Shown here: positions 10,681 to 20,432 of the stretch, piece after piece | Layout: each line of letters starts with the position of its first letter | How positions within the stretch are numbered: position 1 is the first letter of the stretch | DNA from: an uncultured Chloroflexia bacterium | GTDB taxonomy: Bacteria; Chloroflexota; Anaerolineae; JAAYZQ01 | DNA: 64,000 bases | Direction of reading: 5' to 3' | NCBI GenBank assembly: GCA_963700285.1 | Contig: CAVOXA010000010.1 | Span: forward strand, 640,001-704,000 | Translations under genes and position numbers: made by a program | The notes under the pieces: generated by a model | The model's input: the letters and a program-made list of their open reading frames with translations, nothing else | What the model was told of the DNA's origin: nothing | Database searches by the model: none

Positions 10681-12470
10681 TCACCCTTCCAGCCGCGCAT
10701 ACTCCTCGTCGATCACGCTCTCGTCCAGCTTCTTGAACAGCGGCGCCGGCTGGCGCAGCGCCTGCCCCGGCGGCAGTTCACTCGGCGCCCAGGTGCCGAT
10801 GGCCCCGCTGTGGTCGTAGGTCAGCGCCAGGTGGCTGCGCGTCTCTTCCTGGTACTCGACCACGTGCTGCGTGCCAAAGAGCTGGCCGTCGTAGCCCAGG
10901 TACTCGTGGAGCTGCTGCGCCGTGTGGGGCAGGATGGGCGCCAGGATCGTCTTCAGGTTGTCCACGACCCGCAGGATGACGTACACCGTCGTCGCCGCGG
11001 CGGCCTGGTCCTCCTTGATCTGGAACCAGGGCGCCTTGCGGTCCAGGTAGCCGTTGGCCTCGCGGGCCAGGGCCAGCGCCTCGCCCAGGGCGGCGCGGAA
11101 CTTGCAGGCGTCGTACAGGTCGCCCACGGTCTCGAAGCCAGCCTCGACCTTGGCCAGCAGCGCGCGGTCCTCGTCGTCCAGCTCGCCCGGCTCGGCACCT
11201 GGCCGTCAAAGCGCTTGTAGGCAAAGCTCAGCATGCGGTTGGCCAGGTTGCCCCAGGTGGCCACCAGCTCGTTGTTGTTGCGCTCGACGAAATCCTCCCA
11301 GGAGAACTCGGTGTCGCGCGTCTCGGGCGCGATGGCGGTCAGGTAGAAGCGCAGCGGCGTCGGGGTCGTACTTGCTCAGGAAGTAGGGCACGTCCACGGC
11401 ACGCGCCCCGGCTCTTGGAGAACTTGCCCCCTCGAAAGTTCAGATACTCGTTGGCAGGCACATCGTAGGGCAGGTTCAACTGCGCCTCGCAGTCCTCGCA
11501 GTACAGCCGCCCCACGGCCAGCAGCTCCGCCGGCCAGATGACGGTGTGGAAGGGGATGTTGTCCTTGCCGATAAAGTTGTAGATCCGCGCCTCGGGATCG
11601 TACCACCACTCCTGCCAGGCGTCGGGCGTGCCCTGGTTCTTGGCCCACTCGACGCTGGCCGAAAAGTAGCCGATGACCGCCTCGAACCAGACGTAGAGGC
11701 ACTTGCCCTCGTAGCCCGGCAGCGGCATCGGGATGCCCCAGTCGATGTCGCGGGTGATGGGCCGCCCGTGCAGGTCCTTGACATAGTTGCGGGCAAAGTT
11801 GATGACGTTGGGCCGCCAGTGGTCCTTGTCGTCGCAGATAGTCGCCCAGCTCCTCGCTGAGCTTGGCCAGGTCGAGGAAGTAGTGCTCGGTCTCGCGCAG
11901 TCTCCAGGTCGGTGTCGCCGCTGGCCTTGCTGCGCGGGTTGATCAGCTCGGTCGGCTCCAGCAGCTTGCCGCAGTTGTCGCACTGGTCGCCGCGGGCGTC
12001 GGGATAGCCGCAGTGAGGGCACTCGCCCTCCACGTAGCGGTCGGGCAGGAAGCGCCCCTCCTGCGGGCTGTAGAGCTGCTGCTGCACCTCCTTGTACAGG
12101 TAGCCGTTCTCCAGAAGCCGCAGGAAAGATGTCCTGCGAGACCCGGTGGTGGTTCTCGGTGTCGGTGTGGGTGAACAGGTCAAAGGTCAGGCCGATCTGC
12201 TGGTAGGTCTCCAGGAAGGTCTGGTGGTAGCGCTCAAAGATCTCCCGCGGCGAGACGCCCTCCTCGTCGGCGCGGACGGTGATGGGCGTGCCGTGGGCGT
12301 CGGAGCCGGAGACCATCAGCACGTCGTTGCCCATCAGTCGGTGGTAGCGGGCAAAGATATCGGGCGGCAGGTAGGCGCCGGCCAGGTGCCCCAGGTGTTG
12401 GTACGCCGTTGGCGTAGGGCCAGGCCACGCCGATCAGGATTTTGCGGTGTTGCACACCGTTGGCCATCAT
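10681..12470 (-). CDS. metG: Methionyl-tRNA synthetase (short form, Zn knuckle); multiple frameshifts as sequenced
   Basis: [68 protein letters not shown] and KFSKS spread over several frames; RBS AAGGAG. Confidence 0.92.
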
Positions 12471-12483
12471 CGTTCTCCTTTCA

Positions 12484-14354
12484 ATCGAGTAGGGGGCGGC
12501 GGCTAACCGCCCCCTCTCACACCACCGGACATGCGGGTCCGCATCCGGCGGTTCGTCAAGCTTGACGCAGTTGCCGGTATCGCTGCCCAATGCCCTCCAG
12601 CCCCAACTTCTGCCAGTAGGCATTACTCATAGCTTCCTTCACCACCGGTGTTCTGGACATCCGCCACGGACTCGTTCCCACTGCGCCCAGGGCTGCTCGC
12701 TCTCGCGGTACTCCCAAAGCCACTAGCGCTCGGTAGCGGGTCCGTCCCCGTTTCCATCGTTTCCAGACCATCTGCCTCAGCCTGCGTCTTATCCAACTGT
12801 CAAGGCCGTCAAAGACGCTGGGTGTATCTGCCAGTCGAAAGTATCCGATCCAGCCTCGTACATACTGGTTCACTTCTCGGATTACTTCCTCCAGTTTCCC
12901 CGAGCGGGTTCGTCGCGTCAGCCGCCGTAGCCTCCAACGAAAGCGTTGCAGCGATTTGGTTGCGACTCGGATTCGCACTTCTCCCCGGTACTTGTAGAAA
13001 CTAAACCCCAGGAACTTGACCTTACTCGCCCGGTCCACCTTGCTCTTCTGGCGATTCACCTTCAGCTTCAGCTTCTTTTCCAGAAACTGGACCACACTGC
13101 CCATCACTCGCTCACCTGCCCGCCGCGTTTTCACATAGATGTTGCAGTCGTCGGCATACCGCACAAACTTGTGCCCTCGCTTCTCCAGTTCCTTGTCCAG
13201 GTCGTCGAGCATGATGTTCGACAGCAGCGGTGACAGTGGCCCGCCTTGCGGCGTCCCTTCTTCCGTTTCCATCACTACCCCGTTGACCATCACCCCCGAT
13301 TCCAGGTAGGCCCGGATCAGCTTCAGCACTCGTTTGTCTTTCACCACACGCGCCACTCGGGCCATCAGCATATCGTGGTTCACCCGGTCGAAGAACTTTT
13401 CCAGGTCGATATCCACCACCCAGTCGTACCCTTCTTGCACGTACCCCTGGGCCTGCTTCATGGCACCGTGCGCACTCCGCCCTGGTCGAAACCCATAGCT
13501 GTGTGGAGAAAAGTGCGGCTCAAACAGCGGTGTCAGAACTTGGGCTATGGCTTGTTGGATGAAGCGGTCCACCACCGTCGGTATCCCAAGCTGCCGCTCC
13601 CCGCCATCCGGTTTCGGTATCCCTACCCGGCGCACGGGGCTCGGCCGATACCGCCCTCCGTCCAGAGCTTCCCGTATCTCAAGCCAGTGGTTGATGAGGT
13701 ACGGTCGCAGCTCTTCCACCGTCATCCCATCTACCCACGGCGCGCCCCGGTTGCTCTCGACTCGTTGCAGAGCTCGTAGCAAATTCTGTCTTTCCCAGAC
13801 CTGCTCCCACAACCCTACGCCTGCGTTGGATTGCCCTTCGTCTCGTGCCGGAGATTGCTCGACCCTCTGGTCAGTCCCCAGCGGCTTCACCCCCTTCCCC
13901 TGTCCAGTAGTACCCCTATCCGGGGCAGTCTGTCTTCTGGGCTCATCTCGCGAACTGCTCAAAGGTCCTCCTACTTGACGTTCAGCCCTTCCCAGCCAAT
14001 GCAGCTGGTACTATGGCCTCTGCTGACTCCTGCCGCCTCAGCCTGGCCTCTCGACCAGGGTTACCATCTGCATGGCTTGACGGCAGGTCTCCCCAGGTAA
14101 GAACGTTGACTTTCCCTGCACACTTGCCCCATTTACTGCTTTGGCCTTTGATTGCATCGGGCTTCGTTGTCTCTTGCCAACTCGCCCGGCCGCACAGCCT
14201 CCTATGTGGTTCGTGTTCCTCAAGTCGCAGGTTTGCCTCCGGCTTCCTTCAGACCCCGCCTCGACGGCGACGCCCTTGCCCTTGGCTAACGGTTGGTGCA
14301 ATCAACCTCCGTAAGGGACTTTCACCCTCTAGTCAACGCCCATGCTGGGCGCAC
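12484..14354 (-). mobile_element. Group IIC intron, apparently full length
   Basis: 5' GTGCGCCCAGCATGGGCG at 14354, directly after a terminator T-tract; domain V GAACCGCCGGATGCGGACCCGCATGTCCGGTGGTGTGAG; domain VI ending CCCTACTCGAT at 12484. Confidence 0.93.
12556..13962 (-). CDS. ltrA: Group II intron reverse transcriptase/maturase without an endonuclease domain
   Basis: RQLGIPTVVDR, SYGFRPGR, DIDLEKFFD, GTPQGGPLSPLLSNI, RYADD, FLGF, GWIGYF. Confidence 0.95.
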   Translation of the reverse strand: MSSSRDEPRRQTAPDRGTTGQGKGVKPLGTDQRVEQSPARDEGQSNAGVGLWEQVWERQNLLRALQRVESNRGAPWVDGMTVEELRPYLINHWLEIREALDGGRYRPSPVRRVGIPKPDGGERQLGIPTVVDRFIQQAIAQVLTPLFEPHFSPHSYGFRPGRSAHGAMKQAQGYVQEGYDWVVDIDLEKFFDRVNHDMLMARVARVVKDKRVLKLIRAYLESGVMVNGVVMETEEGTPQGGPLSPLLSNIMLDDLDKELEKRGHKFVRYADDCNIYVKTRRAGERVMGSVVQFLEKKLKLKVNRQKSKVDRASKVKFLGFSFYKYRGEVRIRVATKSLQRFRWRLRRLTRRTRSGKLEEVIREVNQYVRGWIGYFRLADTPSVFDGLDSWIRRRLRQMVWKRWKRGRTRYRALVALGVPRERAALGAVGTSPWRMSRTPVVKEAMSNAYWQKLGLEGIGQRYRQLRQA

Positions 14355-14385
14355 AAAAAACGAGCGGGGGGGGGTCCCCTCGCTC
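14355..14385 (-). terminator. Intrinsic terminator in the metG leader (intron target site)
   Basis: GAGCGAGGGG-ACCC-CCCCCCGCTC followed by GTTTTTT. Confidence 0.85.
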
Positions 14386-14437
14386 TGGGTTAGACAGTCT
14401 GAATGGGTTCCGTGCGCGGAACCGGACGGCAAGGGAT

Positions 14438-14548
14438 TCAACCTGGTCTGAACATGGTCTGTGTCTGGGGGAGGGCCCCCATGAAACCCTTCGCCGCCGA
14501 TATCGGGCGGGCAGTATGCTGTTGCCAGTACCTATTCCGGTAGAACAT
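14438..14548 (-). CDS. Putative 36-aa metG leader peptide
   Basis: GAGGAG-ATT-ATG; MFYRNRYWQQHTARPISAAKGFMGALPQTQTMFRPG*; stop codon 52 nt before the terminator hairpin. Confidence 0.5.
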   Translation of the reverse strand: MFYRNRYWQQHTARPISAAKGFMGALPQTQTMFRPG

Positions 14549-14631
14549 AATCTCCTCTACCATTCTGAGATGAGCCCCTTCAGGTTCAGCACTGCCCAGT
14601 TCCTCTCTCCGCAGACTTGCCGGACAACGCC

Positions 14632-14660
14632 ATTCTACCACAGTTCAACAAAGAGCGCAA
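14632..14660 (-). promoter_or_regulatory. Sigma70 promoter of the metG leader
   Basis: TTGCGC-17nt-TAGAAT with an extended -10 TG. Confidence 0.65.
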
Positions 14661-14728
14661 GTACTCACCACAGCGGGCTTTCGAAGCTGAACTGAAGCCC
14701 ACTATCAACCCCAGGGTTTTCGCCCGAG

Positions 14729-15010
14729 TCCCCTGGTCAGCCCACCGGGGCCGCCCTTTTCCGCCAGGCGCAAGCGGGATGCCGAGACAGTCTGGTGCGA
14801 CTCATGGCAGCGCACGAGGGTTTAGTCCACGCCGTCGTGCGGAAGCAGGTCTTGGGCGACCTGCCGTTTGCCGAGGCCTTGCAGGCGGGTCGCCTTGGCT
14901 TGTAGCACGCCATCCTGGGCTTTGATCCCGAGCAGAGAACAGCCTTTTCCACCTACACCTGGACCCCCATTATGCACCACGTCTGGCGAGAGGTCAAGCT
15001 TGCCGAGCCA
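14729..15010 (+). pseudogene. Sigma70 region-2 family relic
   Basis: LFRQAQAGCRDSLVRLMAAHEGLVHAVVR...ALQAGRLGL*HAILGFDPEQRTAFSTY with an in-frame TAG at 14903-14905; no region 4 seen. Confidence 0.65.
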
Positions 15011-15981
15011 GCGTGTGACGTTTACGGTGTTTGCCAGGAGACATGGCAGGTATGGATCAGGCCGTAAATTCGACCTAGCACATTCGGCGACACACAGACG
15101 CCGAGTCTCACGCCCACGGCAATGTCGGAGAGCGGGTGGGTGGCGGCCGGCCTGCAGGTACGCATCACCTTCGACGAGGGGTCGGGCGCCGCCGTCCACA
15201 ACACCTTGGGCGTAGGCACCGTGCTGGCCTTGGGCATCGGAGAACCTAACAACTGATCTGGGAGAGGATCTTCGGCTCTGAAGATGACACCGAATCCAGG
15301 GGATTGATCGAATCAGACCTAGACGGATTCGGGCAGAGACCTGGCCGAACCGGAAGGCAAGATGGCAACTGGGTGGATACGGTCAGCCGAGAGCCGCAAA
15401 AGCACCTTGGAGCGGTTGGGGTTCAAGCGAATGCTGGTGCACGGGCTACCTCCTGGCCACGTGACCAGCCTGCAGGGTGGCTTTGGCTAACCACAACACC
15501 CTGGTCCGGCTCATCCGCGAGGCGACCGCTTTCAGGTAGCCTCGACGGCTTGAGCCGTTCTACCGCTCCCCTCTCAGTCTTGTTTCTGCGTGGGGGATTG
15601 CCCCCTGCCACCAGCCTCCACTTCTGCTTCTTATCCGGCATGTATGAGGCTTGGGACACGGGTCTCCCGATCTTGGCTGCTTGGGCACCCCCGTTCTTGC
15701 CCGATCCACTGTGCAACTGCGGCCCCCACATTCGCCCGCACACTCCTGCCACCCAGACCCCTGTGCCGCTTACCCCAATATCTGGGCCAGCAGCCGGGAG
15801 CTACCCCGCATATTGTGCCCGTGGCCCCTCAACCCGCTGCGAAAGCCCCCTAGAAACAGAGTTTGTCAAGACTCCTGTCTTGGGGTATACTGTTCCGGCG
15901 CTTGCAGTCCGCTCCGCGCGGGGTTTTGCGCGCACCGCATGGATGCTCAAGCGTTCGTACTTGACAGTGAGGAGTTACTGG

Positions 15982-16668
15982 TTGAAGACTGCCATCATCA
16001 TCCCGGCCCGAAACGAAGAGATACCTCTACCAAACGTCATTGCTGAAATTCCATCGGACGTGGCCGATTTGGTGGTTGTCGTGGACAACGGCTCCACCGA
16101 TCGCACGGCCGAGGTCGCGCAGCAGGCTGGAGCCATCGTGGTCTGCGAACCACAGGCGGGCTACGGTTATGCCTGTGCGGCTGGCGTGCGGGCCTCTGGC
16201 GAACGTGGTGCTGAGGTATTTGTCTTTCTCGATGCGGACGGTAGCTTTGATCCCGCCCAGATCTCCGACCTGCTGGCTCCTATCAAGACCGCGCAGGCCG
16301 GCCTGGTGCTGGGCTCGCGACCGGCGGGCGGGATGGAGCCCGGGGCCATGCCACCGCACGCTCGCTTTGGCAACTGGCTTGTAGCGCAGCTGATGCGGCT
16401 GCTCTACGGTCTGCGTGTCACCGACCTGGGACCGTTCCGCGCCATCAGGGCTGGCTTGCTTGCCCAATTGGATATGCAAGAGATGACCTACGGCTGGCCC
16501 ACCGAAATGATGGTCAAAGCTGCCCGGCAGGGCGTACGCGTCGTCGAGGTGCCGGTACGCTACAGGGTGCGGCGTGGCGGGCGCTCCAAGGTCAGCGGGA
16601 CGGTCCGTGGTACGATTCTGGCCACCTATTTCATCCTGTCAGTGACACTGCGGTACGCTTTTCGCTAG
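15982..16668 (+). CDS. GT2 glycosyltransferase (polyprenol-phosphate sugar synthase-like)
   Basis: IIIPARNEE, VVDNGSTD, FLDADGS, DLGPFRAIR, TYGWPTEM; start reassigned to TTG 15982 after GAGGAG. Confidence 0.88.
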   Translation: MKTAIIIPARNEEIPLPNVIAEIPSDVADLVVVVDNGSTDRTAEVAQQAGAIVVCEPQAGYGYACAAGVRASGERGAEVFVFLDADGSFDPAQISDLLAPIKTAQAGLVLGSRPAGGMEPGAMPPHARFGNWLVAQLMRLLYGLRVTDLGPFRAIRAGLLAQLDMQEMTYGWPTEMMVKAARQGVRVVEVPVRYRVRRGGRSKVSGTVRGTILATYFILSVTLRYAFR

Positions 16669-16688
16669 AGGGGAAATCTTGAGGTTTG

Positions 16689-17675
16689 ATGTCGCTGCCT
16701 TTGCCCAACGAACTGTACATCGAGGTAACCAATCGCTGCAACTCATTGTGCGAGACCTGCGTTCGCACCTTTATGACACGGGAACCGCTCCGCGATTTGA
16801 CATGGGACGAGTTTCGCACCCTGGTGGACCAGGTACCTGCCCTGGAGCGAACGGTGCTCCACGGCATAGGTGAGCCGTTGCTCAACCGTTACCTTGTGGA
16901 CATGGTCGCCTACCTGAAAAACCGTACAAATCCGCCTCAGGTGCTCTTTAATTCCAACTCCATCCGCCTCACTCCAGAGCTTCAGGCATCACTAATAGAC
17001 GTCGGGTTGGACGAATACCGGATCTCCACGGACGCCGCCCACAGGGCGCTATACGCCCATATTCGCGGGGTAGACGGGTTTGACCAGATGACGGAGAACG
17101 TCCAGAGCTTTGCCCAGCGGATCCGGAAGATGGGACATGGACCGCGGCTGTCCCTGTGGTTCACCGCTATCTATGAGAACGTCGGCGATCTGCCCGACCT
17201 GGTACGTCTAGCTCATCGCCTCGGGGTGAGCGAAGTCTATGTCCAGAGAATGGTTTATTACGATGAGGGCATGGCGCGCCCGCAGCAATCCGTTTTCCGG
17301 ACACTAGAGGCCACGGAGAAGGAGCTTCTCGAGGAGGCCGAGGCGTTGGCCGAAGAACTGAACATCAGTTTCCGCGCTTCGGGAGCCACCTCCCCCCGGC
17401 AAAGCCTGCTGTCGTCCGACGGCGACAAGAGGCCGTGGTCCCAATGTCGCCGTCCCACGTCGCTGATGTACATCTCGGCGAATGGCAACGTCCTACCCTG
17501 TTGCCTGTCGCCCTACACGACCCGCGACTATCCGGGGCTGATCCTGGGCAATGCCTTCGAGGCATCTTTGGCCGAAATCTGGAATAGTGCAGCCTATCAG
17601 CGATTCCGAACCGCGCTACAAAGCGATACACCGTGGGAGTCATGCGACCGGTGTGGCGTGTTTTGGAGTCTGTAG
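16689..17675 (+). CDS. Radical SAM protein with a SPASM/twitch domain
   Basis: CNSLCETC, LHGIGEPLL; C-terminal CRRP...GNVLPCC...CDRC. Confidence 0.9.
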   Translation: MSLPLPNELYIEVTNRCNSLCETCVRTFMTREPLRDLTWDEFRTLVDQVPALERTVLHGIGEPLLNRYLVDMVAYLKNRTNPPQVLFNSNSIRLTPELQASLIDVGLDEYRISTDAAHRALYAHIRGVDGFDQMTENVQSFAQRIRKMGHGPRLSLWFTAIYENVGDLPDLVRLAHRLGVSEVYVQRMVYYDEGMARPQQSVFRTLEATEKELLEEAEALAEELNISFRASGATSPRQSLLSSDGDKRPWSQCRRPTSLMYISANGNVLPCCLSPYTTRDYPGLILGNAFEASLAEIWNSAAYQRFRTALQSDTPWESCDRCGVFWSL

Positions 17676-17777
17676 AGAGGTCTAGCCTTTGTGCGATCTG
17701 CGATGAATAGGTTTGGCCCCACCTGGGAGTCAACCCATACCCACCGGTCAATCTACCGGAAGAAAGGGAGGAAAGCG

Positions 17778-20432
17778 ATGAATGCCAAGGCACTGCATCT
17801 GTTCGGGATAGTCATAAGCCTGTTGGCTGCCGCATTACTGATCGCCTCTTGCGGTTCCGCACCCGAGCCCGCAACTCCGTCAACTGCTGCCGAGCCTACT
17901 CAATCACCGGCCGAGCCCACAGAACTACAGAAACCTACAGAGGCACCAGAACCTACCGCCGCCCAAGCAACCCAGACGCAGGAGGGAGAGGTTCTGTTCC
18001 CGCCAGAAACGCCATCGGCCGTGCGTGGCAAGGCGGTTTTCACGGCCGATTGCGCCGCGTGCCATGGCGCTGCGGGCGATGGTTCCGGGCTAGCGGGCGC
18101 GGCCAACTTCACCGACCTGGAATTCATGCGCAACGCAAAGCCCGCCGAGTTCTTTGCGGCCATCCGCGACGGCGTCGAAGGTACTGCCATGCCCGCCTGG
18201 GGTGCGACGCTGAGCAAAATGGATATCTGGGACGTGCTCTACTACGAACGGACCTTCGCCACCTCGCCGGAGAACGTGGCCCAGGGGAAGGCATTGTTCA
18301 CCGCCAACTGCACAACCTGTCACGGCGCTGCGGGCGACGGCTCAGCATTGAAGGGTGCCGCTGACTTTACCGATCAGGAGTTCATGAGCAACGAGGATCC
18401 AGCCGAGTTCTTTGAGGCCGTCACCAACGGCGTCGAAGGTTCGGCCATGCCTGCCTGGGGCGCGAGCTTTGACGAGGACCAAATCTGGTCCCTGATCGAC
18501 TACCTCTCGACCTTTGCCTACGAATACCCAGAGGGAGCAGCAGCGGCACCAGAGCCAACACCAGAACTAACCGGAGTCGAGCCCACAGCAGCGCCCGAGA
18601 CGGGTGACGCCACGCCATCGGGGATGCCTTCGGCGGTGCGGGGCAAAGCGGTCTTTACAGCCAACTGCATCGCCTGCCACGGCGAAGCGGGTGATGGCTC
18701 GGCCCTGGACGGTGCGGCCGATTTTACTGACTTGGAGTTCATACGCGGCAAGAAGCCAGCCGAGTTCTTTAAATCCATCCGCGATGGTGTTGAGGGCTCG
18801 GCCATGCCAGCCTGGGGAGAGACCCTGAGCGAGGCGGAGATTTGGGATGTGCTCTACTACGAGAGGACCTTTGCCACGTCGCCGGAGGAGGTCGCGCAGG
18901 GTCAAGAACTATTTGCCGCCAATTGCGTGACGTGCCACGGCCAGGCAGGCGACGGCTCTGGGTTGGCGGGCGCAGCCAACTTTACCGACCGTGAGTTCAT
19001 GGACAACAAGGATCCTGCCCAGTTTTTTGAGGCCATCACGGCTGGCATCAATGGTTCAGCCATGCCTTCCTGGGGCGACATCCTGGATGAAGATCAGATC
19101 TGGGCTCTAGTCAACTACCTCTGGACCTTTGCCTACGAGTACCCGGGAGCTGTTGAGGCAGAACCCGCACCAGAGATCGAATTGCCGCAGGAACCTGATC
19201 CGGCCGTGGGAGCGCAGGTGTGGCAACAGAAGCCCTGCATCGGCTGCCACGGCGCGGAAGCGGAGGGCGACATCGGTCCCAAGCTGGCCGGGACGCCGCT
19301 GCAGTTCGACGAGGCATTGTTCCGTGTGCGCGTCGGCAAGGCCCCAATGCCCGCCTTCAGCGAGGCGCAGGTCAGCGACCTGGAATTGCAGCACATCTTT
19401 GCCTGGCTGGAATCCCTGACCCCGCCTACACCCACCCCTGAGCCCACTGATACACCACCACCAGCCTCAAGCGGCCCGACGGCGACGCCCAAACCAGCGC
19501 TGCCGCCATCCGGACACTTGATGGCCTTCTGGGAACACGTCAACTGGGTCAAAGTCCACTCTGACTTTGCCAAGGATGGTACTCCTGACCTCGGCAGTTT
19601 GCAGGACCGGGTACGCCAGGCTAAGGAACGGGCCAACAGCGCCTTGCAAGAAGCCGATCTGGCCATCGCTGACATCCCGAATCGGCAGGCCCAAAACACC
19701 ATCAGGGAAGTCAAAGGATTCATAAACGAGATCCTTGGTCATGCTGACGCTGCCCTAGCAACGCAGGACTTGAACACCGCACGCAGCGAGGCTGGCAAGA
19801 TGGTCGAGATCTCCCGGCTGGACGCCTGGCCCCGGGCCTCGCAAGCGGTCCAGCAAGCTGGGTTTACCGGTTCCGTGCTGGTACGGGTCAAGAACCAAAA
19901 CGGCAGCCCCATCGCCGGTGCCCTTGTCACTGCTCTGACAGCGCTGACGCCGTCTGGCGGCCAGACCGACGCCAATGGCCAGGTACTCATTCCCGATCTG
20001 GCTGCAGTACGGGTGATGCAGGTCAAGGCCTACAAGGATGGCCTAGTATACCACGAGGTGAATGTCACCGTCCCGCAGGGCGGCCGGGCGGTCGCTGACA
20101 TCACGCTGCCCGGCCCACCCGCCGCAGGCCAGACGCCGGTTGTCTCCAATCCTAGCATTAACCCCGCGTCGGGGCCAGGCGATGCCCAGGTCACTTTTCG
20201 TATGACGGGCACTGATCCGCAGGGCCACGCCAACATTGCTGAAGACCAGGTCTTTGCCCTGAATCCTGAGCTGGGTGAGGCTTACATCCTGCGCTCAGCG
20301 GGCGGCGACAACTGGGATGCGACCGTTGATCTACCCAACCTCGAACCCGGGATCCATACCTGGTACTTTTTCATCGTGGACCACCAATGCAACACCAGCA
20401 ACGTCGTGCCACTGACCTACACAGTACAGTGA
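17778..20432 (+). CDS. Pentaheme c-type cytochrome lipoprotein with Pro/Thr linkers and C-terminal beta-sandwich domains
   Basis: Lipobox LIAS-C; CAACH, CTTCH, CIACH, CVTCH and CIGCH, each with a distal MP(A/S)(W/F) Met ligand motif; start ATG 17778 after GGAGG. Confidence 0.9.
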   Translation: MNAKALHLFGIVISLLAAALLIASCGSAPEPATPSTAAEPTQSPAEPTELQKPTEAPEPTAAQATQTQEGEVLFPPETPSAVRGKAVFTADCAACHGAAGDGSGLAGAANFTDLEFMRNAKPAEFFAAIRDGVEGTAMPAWGATLSKMDIWDVLYYERTFATSPENVAQGKALFTANCTTCHGAAGDGSALKGAADFTDQEFMSNEDPAEFFEAVTNGVEGSAMPAWGASFDEDQIWSLIDYLSTFAYEYPEGAAAAPEPTPELTGVEPTAAPETGDATPSGMPSAVRGKAVFTANCIACHGEAGDGSALDGAADFTDLEFIRGKKPAEFFKSIRDGVEGSAMPAWGETLSEAEIWDVLYYERTFATSPEEVAQGQELFAANCVTCHGQAGDGSGLAGAANFTDREFMDNKDPAQFFEAITAGINGSAMPSWGDILDEDQIWALVNYLWTFAYEYPGAVEAEPAPEIELPQEPDPAVGAQVWQQKPCIGCHGAEAEGDIGPKLAGTPLQFDEALFRVRVGKAPMPAFSEAQVSDLELQHIFAWLESLTPPTPTPEPTDTPPPASSGPTATPKPALPPSGHLMAFWEHVNWVKVHSDFAKDGTPDLGSLQDRVRQAKERANSALQEADLAIADIPNRQAQNTIREVKGFINEILGHADAALATQDLNTARSEAGKMVEISRLDAWPRASQAVQQAGFTGSVLVRVKNQNGSPIAGALVTALTALTPSGGQTDANGQVLIPDLAAVRVMQVKAYKDGLVYHEVNVTVPQGGRAVADITLPGPPAAGQTPVVSNPSINPASGPGDAQVTFRMTGTDPQGHANIAEDQVFALNPELGEAYILRSAGGDNWDATVDLPNLEPGIHTWYFFIVDHQCNTSNVVPLTYTVQ
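18012..19146 (+). repeat. Internal duplication of a diheme module (615-nt period)
   Basis: PSAVRGKAVFTA...FAYEYP occurs at ~18012-18531 and ~18627-19146. Confidence 0.85.

Noticed and set aside
12556-13962. RT as a retron, DGR or defence-associated RT
   Set aside because: It is flanked by canonical group II intron ends and domains V/VI; no template/variable repeat pair or msr-msd seen
14390-14630. T-box or SAM-I riboswitch in the metG leader
   Set aside because: No GGTGGNACC T-box bulge. SAM-I-like pieces (CTCATC, TGGCAAC) lack the closing GATGAG/GATAA and the P3 partner on the sense strand. An Rfam scan is still advisable.
15304-15981. Long N-terminal extension of the GT2 ORF (454 aa in the track)
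   Set aside because: No recognisable domain; a good RBS and TTG start lie at 15982
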